In this document: positions 51,019 to 62,698 of the stretch, in pieces
Layout of the letters: every line of letters starts with the position of its first letter
Position numbering within the stretch: the first letter of the stretch is position 1
Assembly (NCBI GenBank): GCA_051294905.1
Contig: CM119371.1
Coordinates: 36,520,001 to 36,584,000, forward strand
Direction: 5' to 3'
From: Botryllus schlosseri
Lineage: Eukaryota
DNA length: 64,000 bases
Made by a program: the position numbers and the translations under genes
Notes under the pieces: generated by a model
Told to the model about the DNA's origin: nothing
Database searches by the model: none
The model's input: only the letters and a program-made list of their open reading frames with translations

Positions 51019-51175
51019 GACATGTCCACGGAAATTCGCGACGTGGCCAAGTTCCTGGACATCGAGCTGACGGACGACGAGGTGGCTACTGTACAGCAGA
51101 AATGCACCTTCGATCACATGCGACAGTCCTCGTCCGGCACCCCGCTGCAAGACGTGTTCAAGCTGTTCAGAAAAG
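51019..51175 (+). CDS. SULT: Sulfotransferase exon 6 (DMSTEIRDVAKFLD...CTFDHM...LFRK-G)
   Basis: tcgcag| acceptor, G|GTGAGT donor; 157 nt. Confidence 0.95.
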
Positions 51176-51820
51176 GTGAGTTGTTTTCCAAACGAAAAGG
51201 GAAGGGAAAACAAACACTCTAGACGAGAGATGTGGCTCGAAGTAATAATAAGTAACGGCGTAGGACGTTTTCACCGGACCCAATCCATAATTGTTGATCT
51301 GCTGCTGCGAGTCGGCGTTTTTGCATTTCGCATGTGATATCTGTAAAGAATAAATCTCGCACCATCTCCACTGCCTTCGAATCGATCTCTCCCCACCTCA
51401 CAACCGACATTTAATGAACTAGCAAAAAAATAAAGACTGCCAGCTGTGACTAGCAGAACAATAAATGCATTTAGCTATCGATTTTTTTATAGTCATACCG
51501 TATGAAATTTCTATGACAGTAAATAATTTCATGAGGGTTATAAGTGACCTAAGCAATTTTTAAACTTTTTATAACTAAGTAAATACTGAGATAGATTAGA
51601 TTGGAGTGGTCCGCATTCGGACCGCGGACCGCCGTTTAAGCAGCCCTGGTGTAAGTCGATTTACAATCACGTCAAATCCATCCATTTATAATTACAATTC
51701 GATTGCAATAGCAAGCTGATTGCAATTGCTATTGCACCGACTCTGACAGCGGGATAATCAAATACTATTCCACCGTTGAACTGGACTTGGGACTGATTTA
51801 ATAGTGCCTCATTCGCCCAG

Positions 51821-51933
51821 GCAAGGTCGGCAACTGGAAAAAGTACTTTTCGGAAGAGCAGTCGCAACGGGTCGACAAAATCATGAAGGACAAACTCGGC
51901 GACACCGACCTCAAGTTCACATACGAGATATAA
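51821..51933 (+). CDS. SULT: Sulfotransferase exon 7 (GKVGNWKKYFSEEQ...KFTYEI*)
   Basis: gcccag| acceptor; RKGxxGxWK motif completed; stop TAA 51931-51933. The seven exons total 990 nt = 329 aa + stop. Confidence 0.95.
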
Positions 51934-54900
51934 AGTTCGCTGACACCATACGAGAAAGACACGGGACATTTTCATTGCATTTTTTCACTTCGTAAAAGGT
52001 GCACTGTTGCGTATGACGTAACAGACTTCGTCGCTAAATCTTTACAAGGTCCTAGCTCCACCTGGCGGTAGCGTAGGGCCGTAAAAATTGCACCGGTTCA
52101 ACTATTGATGAGCTCTGAGACGGTATCTTTCCTTTGCGTCAACAGATAATTCAAGACCCGTTTTACAACAAATTGCCCAGTGGTATAACAATATCTCTCT
52201 TGGTCTATTCGCTACGTCCGTTTTACACCATTCATATTATTATTTAAGTAACTTTTAATTTCGTTGTAAAGATTGTGCTACAAATACGTCTTAAAAGAGT
52301 TTCAAAAACTTATAATCAATTAACGAAATGATTTCAACGAATCGCGGGTGACTTTTTTTCAACTTACACGCTCGGTGCGTGGGGCGTCCAGCCCGAATAT
52401 ATGTATGATACGCCCATTTTATTTGACGTTTTCACTGTGTCAAATCTCACCGATCAAGCATCCACCAATAGTATATATATACCTCAGCAACTCGTGGGAT
52501 GTAGATAATGTAATATATCAGTCAAATTCGGGGCGTGTGATGGTTGAAATATGTACTGTACTTGTTCACACCATCTCGCTTAGGTGCTGGGTTAAACCTA
52601 GTTTACGCTAGAAACTCTTTAAGTGTGCTGCAAATTGCGATTCACTATTTATTCAAAATGGCCGACCTCAAATGACGTTTCTTGATCGCTATTTTAAACC
52701 GCTTCATATATTAGACACTAACACGCGATTAGCGCTTATGACATTACTAAACTGAAGTGATTTGTTACAGTTCCAATTGCTAGTTGTCATGTTTTGCAGT
52801 ACCAATCGAGATGAGACTGTTCGATATTTTCAAATCCGTATCCGGTCCCTGAGTTGGGTGTAGAATACGAATCCGGCCTTCACTCCGTATCTTGCCCAAA
52901 GCAAACTTAATTTCCGGGTCAATCTTATTAAAAAGTCGAAATAAGCCCCAATTCCGTTATTTTATACGAACCCGTCTAGGAAAATACTCAAATTCGACCC
53001 GGATCCGGTACAATTCCAGATATGGGGTCCAAGTCCAAATCTGTAAACCATAGTTTTCGTGCAGACATCTCAATTTCAAGTCCAAACATAGCTTCAGAAT
53101 TTCTGTCCAATCATGTCCAAATCCCAACTCGAATCTGATGATAAATGACATTCGCGCTACGCTCGCCATGAAAATTGAAATATACCGATAAAAATTCTAT
53201 CGAATCGGGTATTTTCAAATCAAACTTCAAGTCTGTGCTGATCTCTGTTGCAAACGAGGAAGGCTGTCCGAAATAGCAACACCGGGTTGTCTATTTTCCA
53301 TAACTCGTGACCACAGCCGTTTGAACCCTCTTGAAATCTGGTATATTGTATGTTTGTTTATCATGATAACTTACTTCCGTTCCTATTCCTATTCATCAAC
53401 CTTACCCACTGGAAGGTGACATCTTTGTGCCTGTCTGCGCCTTTTCATTTTTGTTATAGAGTGTTTAATTCCTTGTGCTCCAAGATTCAAACGAATCGCG
53501 CTTGACGCCAAAAATCAGATTAGCCACTGATACAGTTTCCCGCCTCAACCATGTTCCTACAGTTCCAATCGACGTGTTCTCCCTGCCTCGCGGGCTCTGC
53601 TAATCCGACCTCGAGCGTTAGCGCAGCCCCGTTCTGTAAGTTCCACAAAAATCTATTTTTGTGTCGAGTGTACAAATTATTTTCGGTGATATTTTACGAT
53701 TGTTTTAGTAATTCGCTTAGCTTTCATGTACGATTTTAATCGCCGTTTCGGGTCGCCCCGACGCGGCGGTAGACGATTGTTTCGTAATAAATCTAACGTT
53801 AGTGAAGTCGTCAGTGTTGTTGAAAGGCTTGCAGCGTAGTATATAGACAGGTCGTTCGCTTATTTAGACATCTTATCAGTTCAAATCAAATCATCGCAAG
53901 AGCCACATGATATCATTTTCCAGTTACAACTCCTCATACGGGCCAGAGTCATAAATTTTAGACGGGCGTTAGGTTAGAAATAGTGTTTGATTGAGGGTTA
54001 AGTTTGGGATTAAGGCCATCATATCGGCATACCGGAATATGGGGCAGAAAGATGTGCCTAAATCTCGATGCACATCACGGTCTTGATCTATCTGTTTTCA
54101 AGTCATCAAGCCTCTCGCGGGTCTGATCTGGTGCGCGATATTCGGGCCACATGAACCAAAATGACTACCCTGCTGTATTCCGTGGGAGAGAATTGGGAAT
54201 ACCAGCGTTTTGTCTAGTTAATCATATTCTAGATTGATAATATTCCTTCCGATACTACATATTTGGAGGCAGAGTAAACGGAAGGGGTGGATACAACGAT
54301 TCGGGGCTGAGCATCGATTGTGACGATTTGAATCGAGTATTGAGGCGGGGCCTACGATTGAGTTACCGTAGTTACGACTAAGTTATCGTAGGCCCCGATT
54401 GAGGGTTGCTATAGTTGCGAATGATCATCCCTAACACCAAGAGCAATATTTTATCGGCGAAGATTGTATAATCTCAATACTTGATTCCCAACGTTTGAAC
54501 GTCGTAAACATATACTGCACAAGAATATTCATGATACAATATCTATCAAGTAATTACCGACTCTCGCAATGGTCACAAAGCAACGCGGAATTTTTTGGTC
54601 CAGAAATACGAATTATTTTGAACGGCGCGTAACTGGCTTCATTTACTTGTGGCCGCAAAATAGATATGTAGGTATGAACTTTTCAGGTCATTCTTACTAG
54701 CATGACTTCTGATTACTTGGTATTCGGGTACTCGGACATGGAATCGAAGCAATCAGGTGTACTCGACTTTGCTCAGGTATACCATACGGCCATCATGCTG
54801 CTTTTTCGTAGGTAGAGCTGCTATAATATTACTAATTTACATTTGCAATGTAATTTCAATAGGTCTGACAAAGGGCGAGGGAGCCATCTGGCGGATATGC

Positions 54901-55409
54901 TTTTATGAATAACGCACTGATAAGAGAGACAGTGGAGAGCGAGAGCAAACAATGTCTACAACCCAATTCTAAATGAATCGGTCAAGTAATAGCCATCTTG
55001 CGTTCAGATCCTAAGTGCAGAGTGATAAACACCACAGTTGTTGTGGCTTAATTTTAATAATGAAACGATATAGCATGACGGTTGTCCGAATATCGGAGTC
55101 AATAGCGCACAAGTACAGCACTCGCGCGTCAACGAAGAACAACTACCATATGATCAGGACGGAATACAAGAAAACACATATGCCGGACCCCAATTGTGGA
55201 ACAGCATCTCGCCGGCTGTCGTCTAGCATGTCTGCATTCAAGTCGAAATACAAGCAATTTCGTCTAAATGAATACTAGACAGCCTTCAGGATTACCGGGC
55301 AATGACCTAACATCCACCTCGCCTTCCGCCACATGACACCTCATTTTGTCGCATGCGTATTATATTCTCTGCATTACTTTTCATTTAGCATGCATGCCTC
55401 TTCTTTACT

Positions 55410-55545
55410 TCACCTAGGCCAAGGTGGGTGTCTGATCTTAAAGACTACTCCAAGTTGTTTCGACACCTTCCTATCCTTTCATCGTATAGCAGTTTTGTGG
55501 TGTTTTGAAACGATGAAAATAATAATAAAATTGATTGACTGATTA
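55410..55545 (+). repeat. Dispersed retroposon 3'-tail family
   Basis: gactactccaa...tttcgaca...ctat..tttca core recurs on the minus strand at ~22420-22545, ~46250-46390 and ~57640-58490, each next to a short simple-repeat tail. Confidence 0.65.
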
Positions 55546-55577
55546 ACATCATTATTGTCATTAGTTTATTAGTAATT

Positions 55578-56525
55578 TAGAGGTGGTCAAAGTAGTCAAG
55601 AAAGCTACTCAAGTATAGAAGTAGAAGTAGTGACGAAAAAATCTACTCAAGTACGAGTAGAAGTACTTATTCTTCCATGAGCAACCTAAATCTACTTGAA
55701 GTAGAAGTAGAATTGACTGACTTTAAATCTACTCAAGTAAGTAAGTAGTTGTGAAAACGATCGTAATTCGTTCGCATTCATTCGTTGGAGGTTTATCTAG
55801 GCTCCTCCTTGCCATCTCATCCGTGCAAGCGGTGTCTTATAAAAATCCTAGACGTGGGTCGTGCTACAAGTCGGCAGTTACGGACTATAAATGAAGAATA
55901 CCGACTTTGTGTAAATGACCATAGTAGTCCACAATCACCATGAATATCACAAACAAACAACACTTGATTTTATAATTCAATATGTATGTTCTCAAGACAA
56001 AAGAACTGATACTAATTAAAACTCAAAGTATGATATTGAGAATTGAAAGTGAAATATGAATACTATTTCTAAAAGCAGAAAATGCATTTCCTGTGTTTAG
56101 TCCACAAAGTTTCAAAGGTGGTGTGCTAAAACAGGCCTAAAACTTTAAAAAAGTCAGAGTCCACTTTTCCAGATTAGGACACGCCATGGACTGCTAGATT
56201 ACGATATGATAAGTAAATGCTAGACTGCTAAACATCAGTTTCAAACGTTATGATGAGCCTACTGTGTTAAAATATTTCATATGGGCGACAATGCGGTGTT
56301 AACGGAACCACGCAACCCGATACCTAAGTTATATTCACAGATGCTTTCGTGAAATCATATTGGTCACTCCATATCCAATGTGCGCGACGAAAATTCTGGG
56401 CTTTACTCAAGTTTTATGAAAATTAAATGTTGATACTCCGTGAAATAGTAGCGAAAATCAGATCTACTTGAGTAAGTACCAGAAGTAGAGGGAAACTACT
56501 TGAGTACTTCGAAAAAGTAGAAGTA
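55578..56525. mobile_element. MITE family with AGAGGTGGTCAAAGTAG terminus and AAGTAG/CTACTC repeats
   Basis: Related copies at about 27568-28083, 39965-40395 and 7350-7450. Confidence 0.65.
55784..55960 (+). mobile_element. SINE family A, 5'-truncated copy nested in an AGTAGA-repeat MITE
   Basis: Body and tail homologous to 238-426. Confidence 0.85.
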
Positions 56526-57047
56526 CGTCGTCAATGATGATGATAGTACCTAATGCTAGATACATCATAATATCGCGAGATGCTTGGAATTATCTGAGAT
56601 TGTGAGATCTCACACCCACTACCTGTGAAGTCACCGGATCGGTCCTGCGTGTATAGCAACTCCCGTACTAAATTTACAACCCGAGATCTGCATCAGGGAA
56701 ACCTTTACGGCAGCGGAATTTCAATCTGGACGTGAATCTCAGATACAAGCAAAGATCTAATATTATAAAATCAAGTCCTGCTCCGAAATTTACATTCAAG
56801 TCCGAAAGCCAATAAATATCCAGAGTAATCCCCAGCATCGTATCAGAACCAAATCCAAGCCTATATGCCCGGAAACAAATGGAATTTGACTCAAGTGCCG
56901 TTGAATTTGTAAATAAAATTGTTATCCATCGAGCTCTAGAGGTGATAGAATATCCGTAATATTCCGCGAGGGTACGTGAGAGCATTTTGAAGTTGAAGAC
57001 TGAATAGGTCAGAAGATCTCTAGCCTTTTTAAGGAATTGATGCCAGG

Positions 57048-57630
57048 CAGGGTTGTAACCAAGTCACAAGGCATCGAGTCACAAGTCAATCTCTGTTTTA
57101 CAGTTTTGACTCGAGTCAAGTCGAGTCATTTTCAATTCACCACCGAGTCAAGTCCGAGTCCAAGTCAACGAAAATAGGCTCGAGTCCGAGTCACGGTACT
57201 ATGACTCGAGTCGAGTCCAAGTCATTGTGCTGACTGCTCAGATTCCTGTCAGATTCCTGTCAGATTCCTGTTTGATGATATAGAATGGTTCGCATTTATA
57301 ATAGACTAATTTTCGTCACTTTTATTAGTTCCTGGTCGCATTTTCAAGTACCAGTACCAATAGTCGAGATCCCAATTGCGTGGTAACTTTACTATTCTAC
57401 GAAAATACAATGAATTGTCGGTCTTTGAAGTCTGAGTCTCGAGTCATATGACTTGGTTAGAGTCATGCGCAATGACTCGAGTCCAAGTCGAGTCAATACA
57501 CAAATTGACTCGATTCGAGTCGAGTCATTTCTGGATTTTGCGAAAATTACTCGAGTCAAGTCGAGTCATCAGAAAATCGTGACTCGAGTCGGACTCGAGT
57601 CGAGTCATGACTCGAGTCATTACAACCCTG
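57048..57630. mobile_element. hAT-type MITE with many GACTCGAGTC subterminal palindromes
   Basis: CAGGGTTGTAA...TTACAACCCTG termini; TSD atgccagg/atgtcagg. Confidence 0.88.
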
Positions 57631-57763
57631 ATGTCAGGTCAATCAATCAGTCAGTCAGTCATCAATCAGGTTCATTAATATTTTCATCGTTCCAAAACAT
57701 CACAAGACTGCAATACAATGAAAGATAGGAATGTGTCGAAACAACTTGGAGTAGCCTTTAGAA

Positions 57764-58460
57764 CAGGGGTGGCCAACCTTTTCAGCCAAAAGGCCACATT
57801 TGATTGACGAACAATTGCGCGGGCCACTAGCCGCACCAAGCGCGAAAATTTTTCGAAGTTCATATAGGTCAATAATGTTTCCATTTGACTATATTGCGGG
57901 CCTGCTGTATATCGCTGGGCTCAGTTTGCAAGGACTGGACTATTCGGCGCCTGGACATATCGATATCGAAAGCTTCCACCAACATGCGTCAATCATTTTG
58001 TGCCTAGGTTTCGTGTTGTCGACGGTCTTTCCGCGAGCGCAAACGCAAGGTCGCATTATATTGAACGACACTTTGTCTCGTAATCGCGAATATAGTTAGA
58101 CTCAATCTGATACAGTAGGCGTTCTTTCATTTTCACAAAAGGGTAACAATATTAAAAGCAATAAATCTAGAGACAACATGTTGCGCAAAGCGTGTAGAAA
58201 ATTTTCACTTTTGATAAATCCATCGCAAATTCTTCTGCTTTATTGCAGTGTACGAAGATCTACCAAAATTTGACTGGCTCATGGATCTGCCAATGAGTCG
58301 GAACTGAAATTTTAGTCATCACATCTCAAGTGTTGCGGCCAGGCTAGCCTAATCGAATTTTTGGTTGGCCCTGCAAGTTCACAATATGCGCAATCCATTT
58401 TTCATAATAGGCCTATTACTAATTTCGGAAATCTCGCGGGCCACGGGTTGACCGGCCCTG
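57764..58460. mobile_element. Charlie-type hAT non-autonomous element splitting an older retroposon tail
   Basis: CAGGGGTGGCCAACC...GGTTGACCGGCCCTG termini; perfect TSD ctttagaa; the flanks rejoin to match the reverse complement of 55410-55545. Confidence 0.88.
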
Positions 58461-59339
58461 CTTTAGAATCAGACACCCACCTTAGGTCAGTAGTCAGATT
58501 CGGTGAAATTGTTTCGTTATGAAGCATATATTTATCGAAAAAACATTCAAGGTGATACAATATTGAAGATCGGACTAGCAGCAGTTTTTCGCTATGTAGT
58601 TGAAACCAACACTCTCTTAGTATCCTACTTTGAAGAACGAAATGTCTCGTGGGTAAGACTTGTATCAAGTCCTTTGTCTGGTAATTCTGAGCATCTGATT
58701 GATCTGTATATCAAGTACAATAATCAAAAGTTGATAACTAGCATGAAAAGAGTGCTTTATATAAGAAACAGAGCGTGAACCGAGTGACGCGAGTGCAATG
58801 CCAGTAATGCCACAGCTCGCATGTGTTCCATTGTATTGTGAAACCGATTAATTCTACTATTCGGCAACGCCCGCCGATACGCGACACGAGACAATAGAGA
58901 TAAATGGAAGTAATCCGTAGCTGCAGACGTGTTGACCCGTTTTCAATTTCAACACGGTACGACTTTTCGCACCATCACAGATCACAGTGATGCCGGTTGT
59001 GAAACACAAAATGCTCTAAATACTTGGAGTGTTGCGAATCCACAGGAATGCAATGGCGTTTCCCGCTCGATATTTTCATCATTCCTTTTACGTTTACTTC
59101 GTATACCATACACGACGCCTCCGGTCAGGCGACCAAAGTTACATAATCACATCGCGTGACGCGTATTCACTCGAGCGTCAACTCCAAACAAACCACAGAA
59201 GAGAGATTACTCTTTAGTCAGTCCAGTCGTATTCTGGTTGTCTGCGAAGTATATACCCTTATTTACTGGTGCTGCTTGCGTTGTCTGGTACTACATTGCT
59301 TGTTATTTATATTACTACCATAGTCCAGGATTTAAAAAG

Positions 59340-59384
59340 ATGTCTTCGCTTGACCAGAGGAACGTGAAATGGAAGATTAACCAG
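59340..59384 (+). CDS. PLEKHM1: PLEKHM1-like gene, first coding exon (MSSLDQRNVKWKINQ)
   Basis: aaagATG start, CAG|GTAAGA donor, phase 0, in frame with the next exon. Confidence 0.7.
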
Positions 59385-59902
59385 GTAAGAATTATATGAG
59401 ATACCATAGGCGGAACGAATTCGTTTTCTGCCTGTTGCTGAAGTGATAAGGGCTGGCCCTTTCATGTTTTTGAGGTATGCACACTAAATGAAAAGTCGCA
59501 CAGAATAACATAAAAGGATATGCAAGTGTAGCTATAACATAGAAGTATTGTCAATGTTCATTGTAATCTACCTTATATAATTTATTTGATTTGCAATGAT
59601 TAACAGACCTGCTCGAAATTTGCCGGTACGTCGCCGTCCATTGTTCACAGACTATGTCAATATATGATTGCGCATTTGTTAGCTTGCGATTGTCTTTCCA
59701 AGCATGCATGCATGGATGCAACGTAATTCTTGATATTTGCTTAGAGGGAACGTGGCCTGTGTTTCCTGCTGCAGCAACAGTTACTTGAAAACTATTATTT
59801 TCTGCTTGTGCTTGTATGATATAACGCACCCATTGTGGTATCGTCTTTCGAAGTTTATGGATATATTTTGTTAAATTTTTAAATAGGGCAATGATCGTTC
59901 AT

Positions 59903-60563
59903 TAGGGCTCTTCAAAAATAACTTTTTTTCTCGAATCGTACTGGCTACTTGATAAAATTGTTCGGTTACCTAATTTAAGCCTACACACAAAATTTGGTTC
60001 AATTCCAGCCAGTAACCGCTTTGCTGCAGGAGAAGAAAGTTTCTATTTATTATATAAAAATAAATAATAAAAAGTTTGAAAATTTTCTGTTAACCCCATC
60101 AAAGTGTTAGGCTGTCTTAGTCTATAGAAACGATGCTCACCAAGTTTGGTTCAATTCCAACCAGTGGTAGCGGAGTTATTGCCGTCGAAAAATTTGGATT
60201 TGAATAAAATAGTATTTACGTTGACCGATTCTTTGTTTATTTAATATAGTTGTGCTCACCGTAAATACTATTTTATTCAAATCCAAATTTTTCGACGGCA
60301 GTAACTCCGCATCCACTGGTTGTAATCGAACCAAATTTGGTGAGCATCGTTTCTATAGACAGCCTAACACTTTCATGGGTGAACAGAAAATTTTCTAGTA
60401 TTTATTTTTATATAATACATAGAAACTTAGTTCTCCTGTAGCAAAGTGGTTACTGGCTGGAATTGAACCAAATTTTGTGTGTAGGCTTAAATTAGGTAAC
60501 CTAACAATTTTATCAAGTTAGCCAGTACGATTTGAGAAAAAAAGTCATTTTTGAAGAGCCCTA
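59903..60563. mobile_element. hAT-type foldback MITE, almost entirely palindromic (~320-bp arms), in PLEKHM1 intron 1
   Basis: TAGGGCTCTTCAAAAATAACT termini related to the 32559 element; TSD tcgttcat/ttgttcat. Confidence 0.92.
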
Positions 60564-61175
60564 TTGTTCATATACAATGTTCTTTTATCACGATCACCCC
60601 CCCTGAATATCAGCTGACAATATTCGAGTTTACGTTGATGTGAGGGTACCATTCATTACTAAATCTATGAAATGATTCAATTCAAGTAATGCGGACCAAG
60701 AAAACTAACCAAAACACTGGATGCATCAATGGAATCTGATTTTTATTCATCGTCATCACGAAATGAAAGTCAATATCCCCAAAGTTTCATGAAATAGTTT
60801 TATCGTGCATGAAATCTGCATGGAGTTAACAGGACCATTTACTAATTTTCGCCACATTTATGCTCATTGAAATCCGTATTACGACTCTACATTAATGCTC
60901 AATTGCTCAGCACTTACAGAATGCATTTTAATTATTGTCCGGCTAAAACACACTTCCAAATTCCAAGGCATTGTGTCTGATAGTTGTGGTTGAACAGAGT
61001 CAAGATTTGAGTTCTGCCTTGAAATTTGGATACATTTGCTTTTTCTGCGCCATGGTGTTGCTTTCAGACATTTTGCAATTTAAAGTATGGTATGGCGTAT
61101 TTTCGTAAAAGTTGACTCCAAATATAGAATCAGCTCAGCGATTTTGGTCACCCTTAATCCTATCTGTGTTGGCAG

Positions 61176-61301
61176 AATCTTGCTCAGCTGGTCAAGGAAT
61201 TACAGAAGGAATATCCGTCCGGGTCTCCGGTGAATTCGGAATCGGTCGTCGCCCAATATCTATGTAACATCATTGAAGCCGCATTCATACACGGACTAAA
61301 G
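61176..61301 (+). CDS. PLEKHM1: PLEKHM1-like exon 2 (NLAQLVKELQKEY...LCNIIEAAFIHGLK; RUN domain start)
   Basis: Matches PLEKHM1 'VKALQKQY...MCSALEAVFIHGL'; ggcag| and AAG|GT boundaries; 126 nt. Confidence 0.88.
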
Positions 61302-61410
61302 GTATATTGGTAGAAGTCTCATAATCTTCAATTTGACTCAGACAATTTCGCAAATTAAAACTCTATGCTTGCGCGATGGTTTTTCTGATTAAAAGTCCGC
61401 CTTATTTCAG

Positions 61411-61515
61411 CCTTCTTACTTCGAGAAAGACCCCGGCCGCAGCAAGAAATCGCTCCCGAAGCCCCAGTTTTGGAATATCATCTGCAAAATCAGCCACACA
61501 GAAACCATAAAAAGG
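61411..61515 (+). CDS. PLEKHM1: PLEKHM1-like exon 3 (PSYFEKDPGRSKKSLPKPQFWNIICKISHTETIKR)
   Basis: tttcag| and AGG|GTAAG boundaries; matches 'LPQPVFWPLLKAVTH'; 105 nt. Confidence 0.88.
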
Positions 61516-62524
61516 GTAAGCATGAATATAAGTGACAAAAGTTTGGAATATGGTACTTGATATTTTCCAGGTTGAACAATATATTCATATCGGCTGATGG
61601 CTGATGAGCGTCAGCCGGACATAGCCTATTTGGGTCAATTTTAATATGAATATATTACTTCGTTGTATTATAGAGCTGTTCATTGCTATGATGACAGATT
61701 GTGTAAAAAGTTATAATAGGTCAATATTTTGAGGTCAAGTTTCGTATATGCGGCAAATTTATGCCACCATGATTTGCCTGTTGAATGATATAATCTATCT
61801 GCAGTATCTGGACTAAGATAACATTAACCTGTTTGACAGTGGAATAAATACATTATTTATATATCTGTAGGAGCATTTGAGAGCAGGCTTGTTGTTTATT
61901 CCTAATAGCCATGAAGACAACCTCTCTAGTGACCTTCTAATCAATAATGACCCAAATCTCACTAATCCATTTCTGGCAAGTCTGCTACACAGGATGTGTG
62001 TCATTACCAGCTTGCTGGTTTCAAATAGACCAGTGTTGTAAATCCAATGTTGTATTCTGTTAGCCAGACTCAATGTAGGCTACATGACTTCATTTTCTGC
62101 AAATGAGTAGTATATTCTATGGTTATGCTACCAATGTTTACCAATGGAATATTCAATATGAATATGTGGTATAGCTGGTTAACTGAAAATGATTGAAACA
62201 TGAATTCCTCCAACAAAATTTAGATTTCTAGATGCACTGCAAAGTCCTTTCCATCAAATTGATAGTAATCTCATAGGCTAATAATCTGGCAAGAGTATTG
62301 GGGCCAACCATATAGAAAAAGAATAATATTTCCTAAAAGAGCTTAAGGAAAAGGTAGGCTAACTAACATGATGTGCTGACTTTGTATTGTTGTTTGTAAC
62401 TGTATCAAAGACATGATAAGTTTGACGCATGTCATTTTGGAAAATGCCAGACGAATACAATCTATTCATATTAGCGCCTACCTTACTTTGCAACTCTGCA
62501 ACTAAACTATCTGCTTTCGTCTAG

Positions 62525-62698
62525 GTTGATGAATTGAAGTTTATCACGACGAGAATCGGAAAATGCCGAGCTTGGCTTCGCTTGACACTGAACGACAGCG
62601 CGATGACGTCATATTTATCAATGATTTTATCCAGAGAACATAAGTCCCTGCGAACGCAACACTACAGCAGCTATGGACTCTTTTTAGATGGGGAATTT
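62525..62698 (+). CDS. PLEKHM1: PLEKHM1-like exon 4 (VDELKFITTRIGKCRAWLRLTLND...LFLDGEF); gene continues beyond the window
   Basis: RUN hallmark GxCRAWLRLxLND; ctag| and TTT|GTAAGT boundaries; 174 nt. Confidence 0.92.

Noticed and set aside
53230..53640. Minus-strand exon-like segments with plausible splice sites
   Set aside because: Stops in all frames; a lncRNA is possible but unsupported.
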